Positions 63,201-64,000 of a stretch of 64,000 nt of DNA are shown piece by piece. How positions within the stretch are numbered: the stretch's first letter is position 1; every line of letters starts with the position of its first letter. Position numbers and translations under genes: made by a program. Source of the stretch: Laetmonice hystrix (Eukaryota); NCBI GenBank assembly GCA_965235115.1, contig OZ249436.1:43278001-43342000 (forward strand). The letters run 5' to 3'. Under the pieces are notes generated by a model, which was given only the letters and a program-made list of their open reading frames with translations, searched no databases and was not told the DNA's origin.

Positions 63201-64000
63201 AGTGGGAATGTATACGACATGAGGCTGGGATGGTTAGTGGTGAAGTGGGAATGTATACGACATGAGGCTGGGCTGGTTGGTGAAGTGGGAATGTATACGA
63301 CATGAGGCTGGGATGGTTGGTGGTGAAGTGGGAATGTATACGACATGAGGCTGAGATGGTTGGTGAAGTGGGAATGTATACGACATGAGGCTGGGATGGT
63401 TGGTGAAGTGGGAATGTATACGACATGAGGCTGGGATGGTTGGTGAAGTGGGAATGTATACGACATGAGGCTGGGATGGTTGGTGAAGTGGGAATGTATA
63501 CGACATGAGGCTGGGATGGTTGGTGGTGAAGTGGTAATGTATACGACATGAGGCTGGGATGGTTGGTGAAGTGGGAATGTATACGACATGAGGCTGGGAT
63601 GGTTGGTGAAGTGGGAATGTATACGACATGAGGCTGGGATGGTTGGTGGTGAAGTGGGAATGTATACGACATGAGGCTGGGATGGTTGGTGAAGTGGGAA
63701 TGTATACGACATGAGGCTGGGATGGTTGGTGAAGTGGGAATGTATATGACATGAGGCTGGGATGGTTGGTGAAGTGGGAATGTATACGACATGAGGCTGG
63801 GATGGTTAGTGGTGAAGTGGGAATGTATACGACATGAGGCTGGGCTGGTTGGTGAAGTGGGAATGTATACGACATGAGGCTGGGATGGTTGGTGAAGTGG
63901 GAATGTATACGACATGAGGCTGGGCTGGTTGGTGAAGTGGGAATGTATACGACATGAGGCTGGGATGGTTGGTGAAGTGGGAATGTATACGACATGAGGC
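60295..64000. repeat. 40/43-bp satellite running off the window end
   Basis: Unit gtgaagtgggaatgtatacgacatgaggctgggatggttg, with +gtg variants. Confidence 0.98.

Noticed and set aside
59977..63995. Up to 828-aa MSYTFPLHQPSQPH ORFs
   Set aside because: 40/43-bp satellite read through rotating frames.

Overview
This is repeat-rich eukaryotic (animal, most likely invertebrate) genomic DNA with spliceosomal GT-AG introns. I found no prokaryotic genes, rRNA, intact tRNA or CRISPR array. Two intact spliced genes are arranged head-to-head: a 9-finger C2H2 zinc-finger gene (minus strand, CDS exons 16510-16195 and 15574-14565, 441 aa) and a 7-exon HAX1 homologue (plus strand, 18138-31467, 360 aa, all intron phases consistent). 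A third locus is an intron-containing Ras-family small GTPase pseudogene on the minus strand (about 54302-44341), whose G1, G3, G4 and G5 motifs are recognisable but broken by small indels. Much of the rest is about 20 unrelated tandem-repeat arrays, including a 7.2-kb 68/73-bp satellite with a 2357-bp internal duplication, plus many short non-autonomous elements (TAC..GTA elements with 6-bp TSDs, a TTAA element, foldback-like, Harbinger-like and Helentron-like elements, and a tRNA-derived SINE). Most long ORFs in the supplied track are repeat translation artefacts. I cannot support a claim of a new biological system. The best leads are the decayed GTPase, the IS3EU-like elements carrying CRE palindromes, a TAGGCCTA and CTCF-like motif cluster at 10.5-13.5 kb, and minisatellites that begin at exon boundaries. 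All calls are by eye; no database searches were run and copy numbers are approximate.
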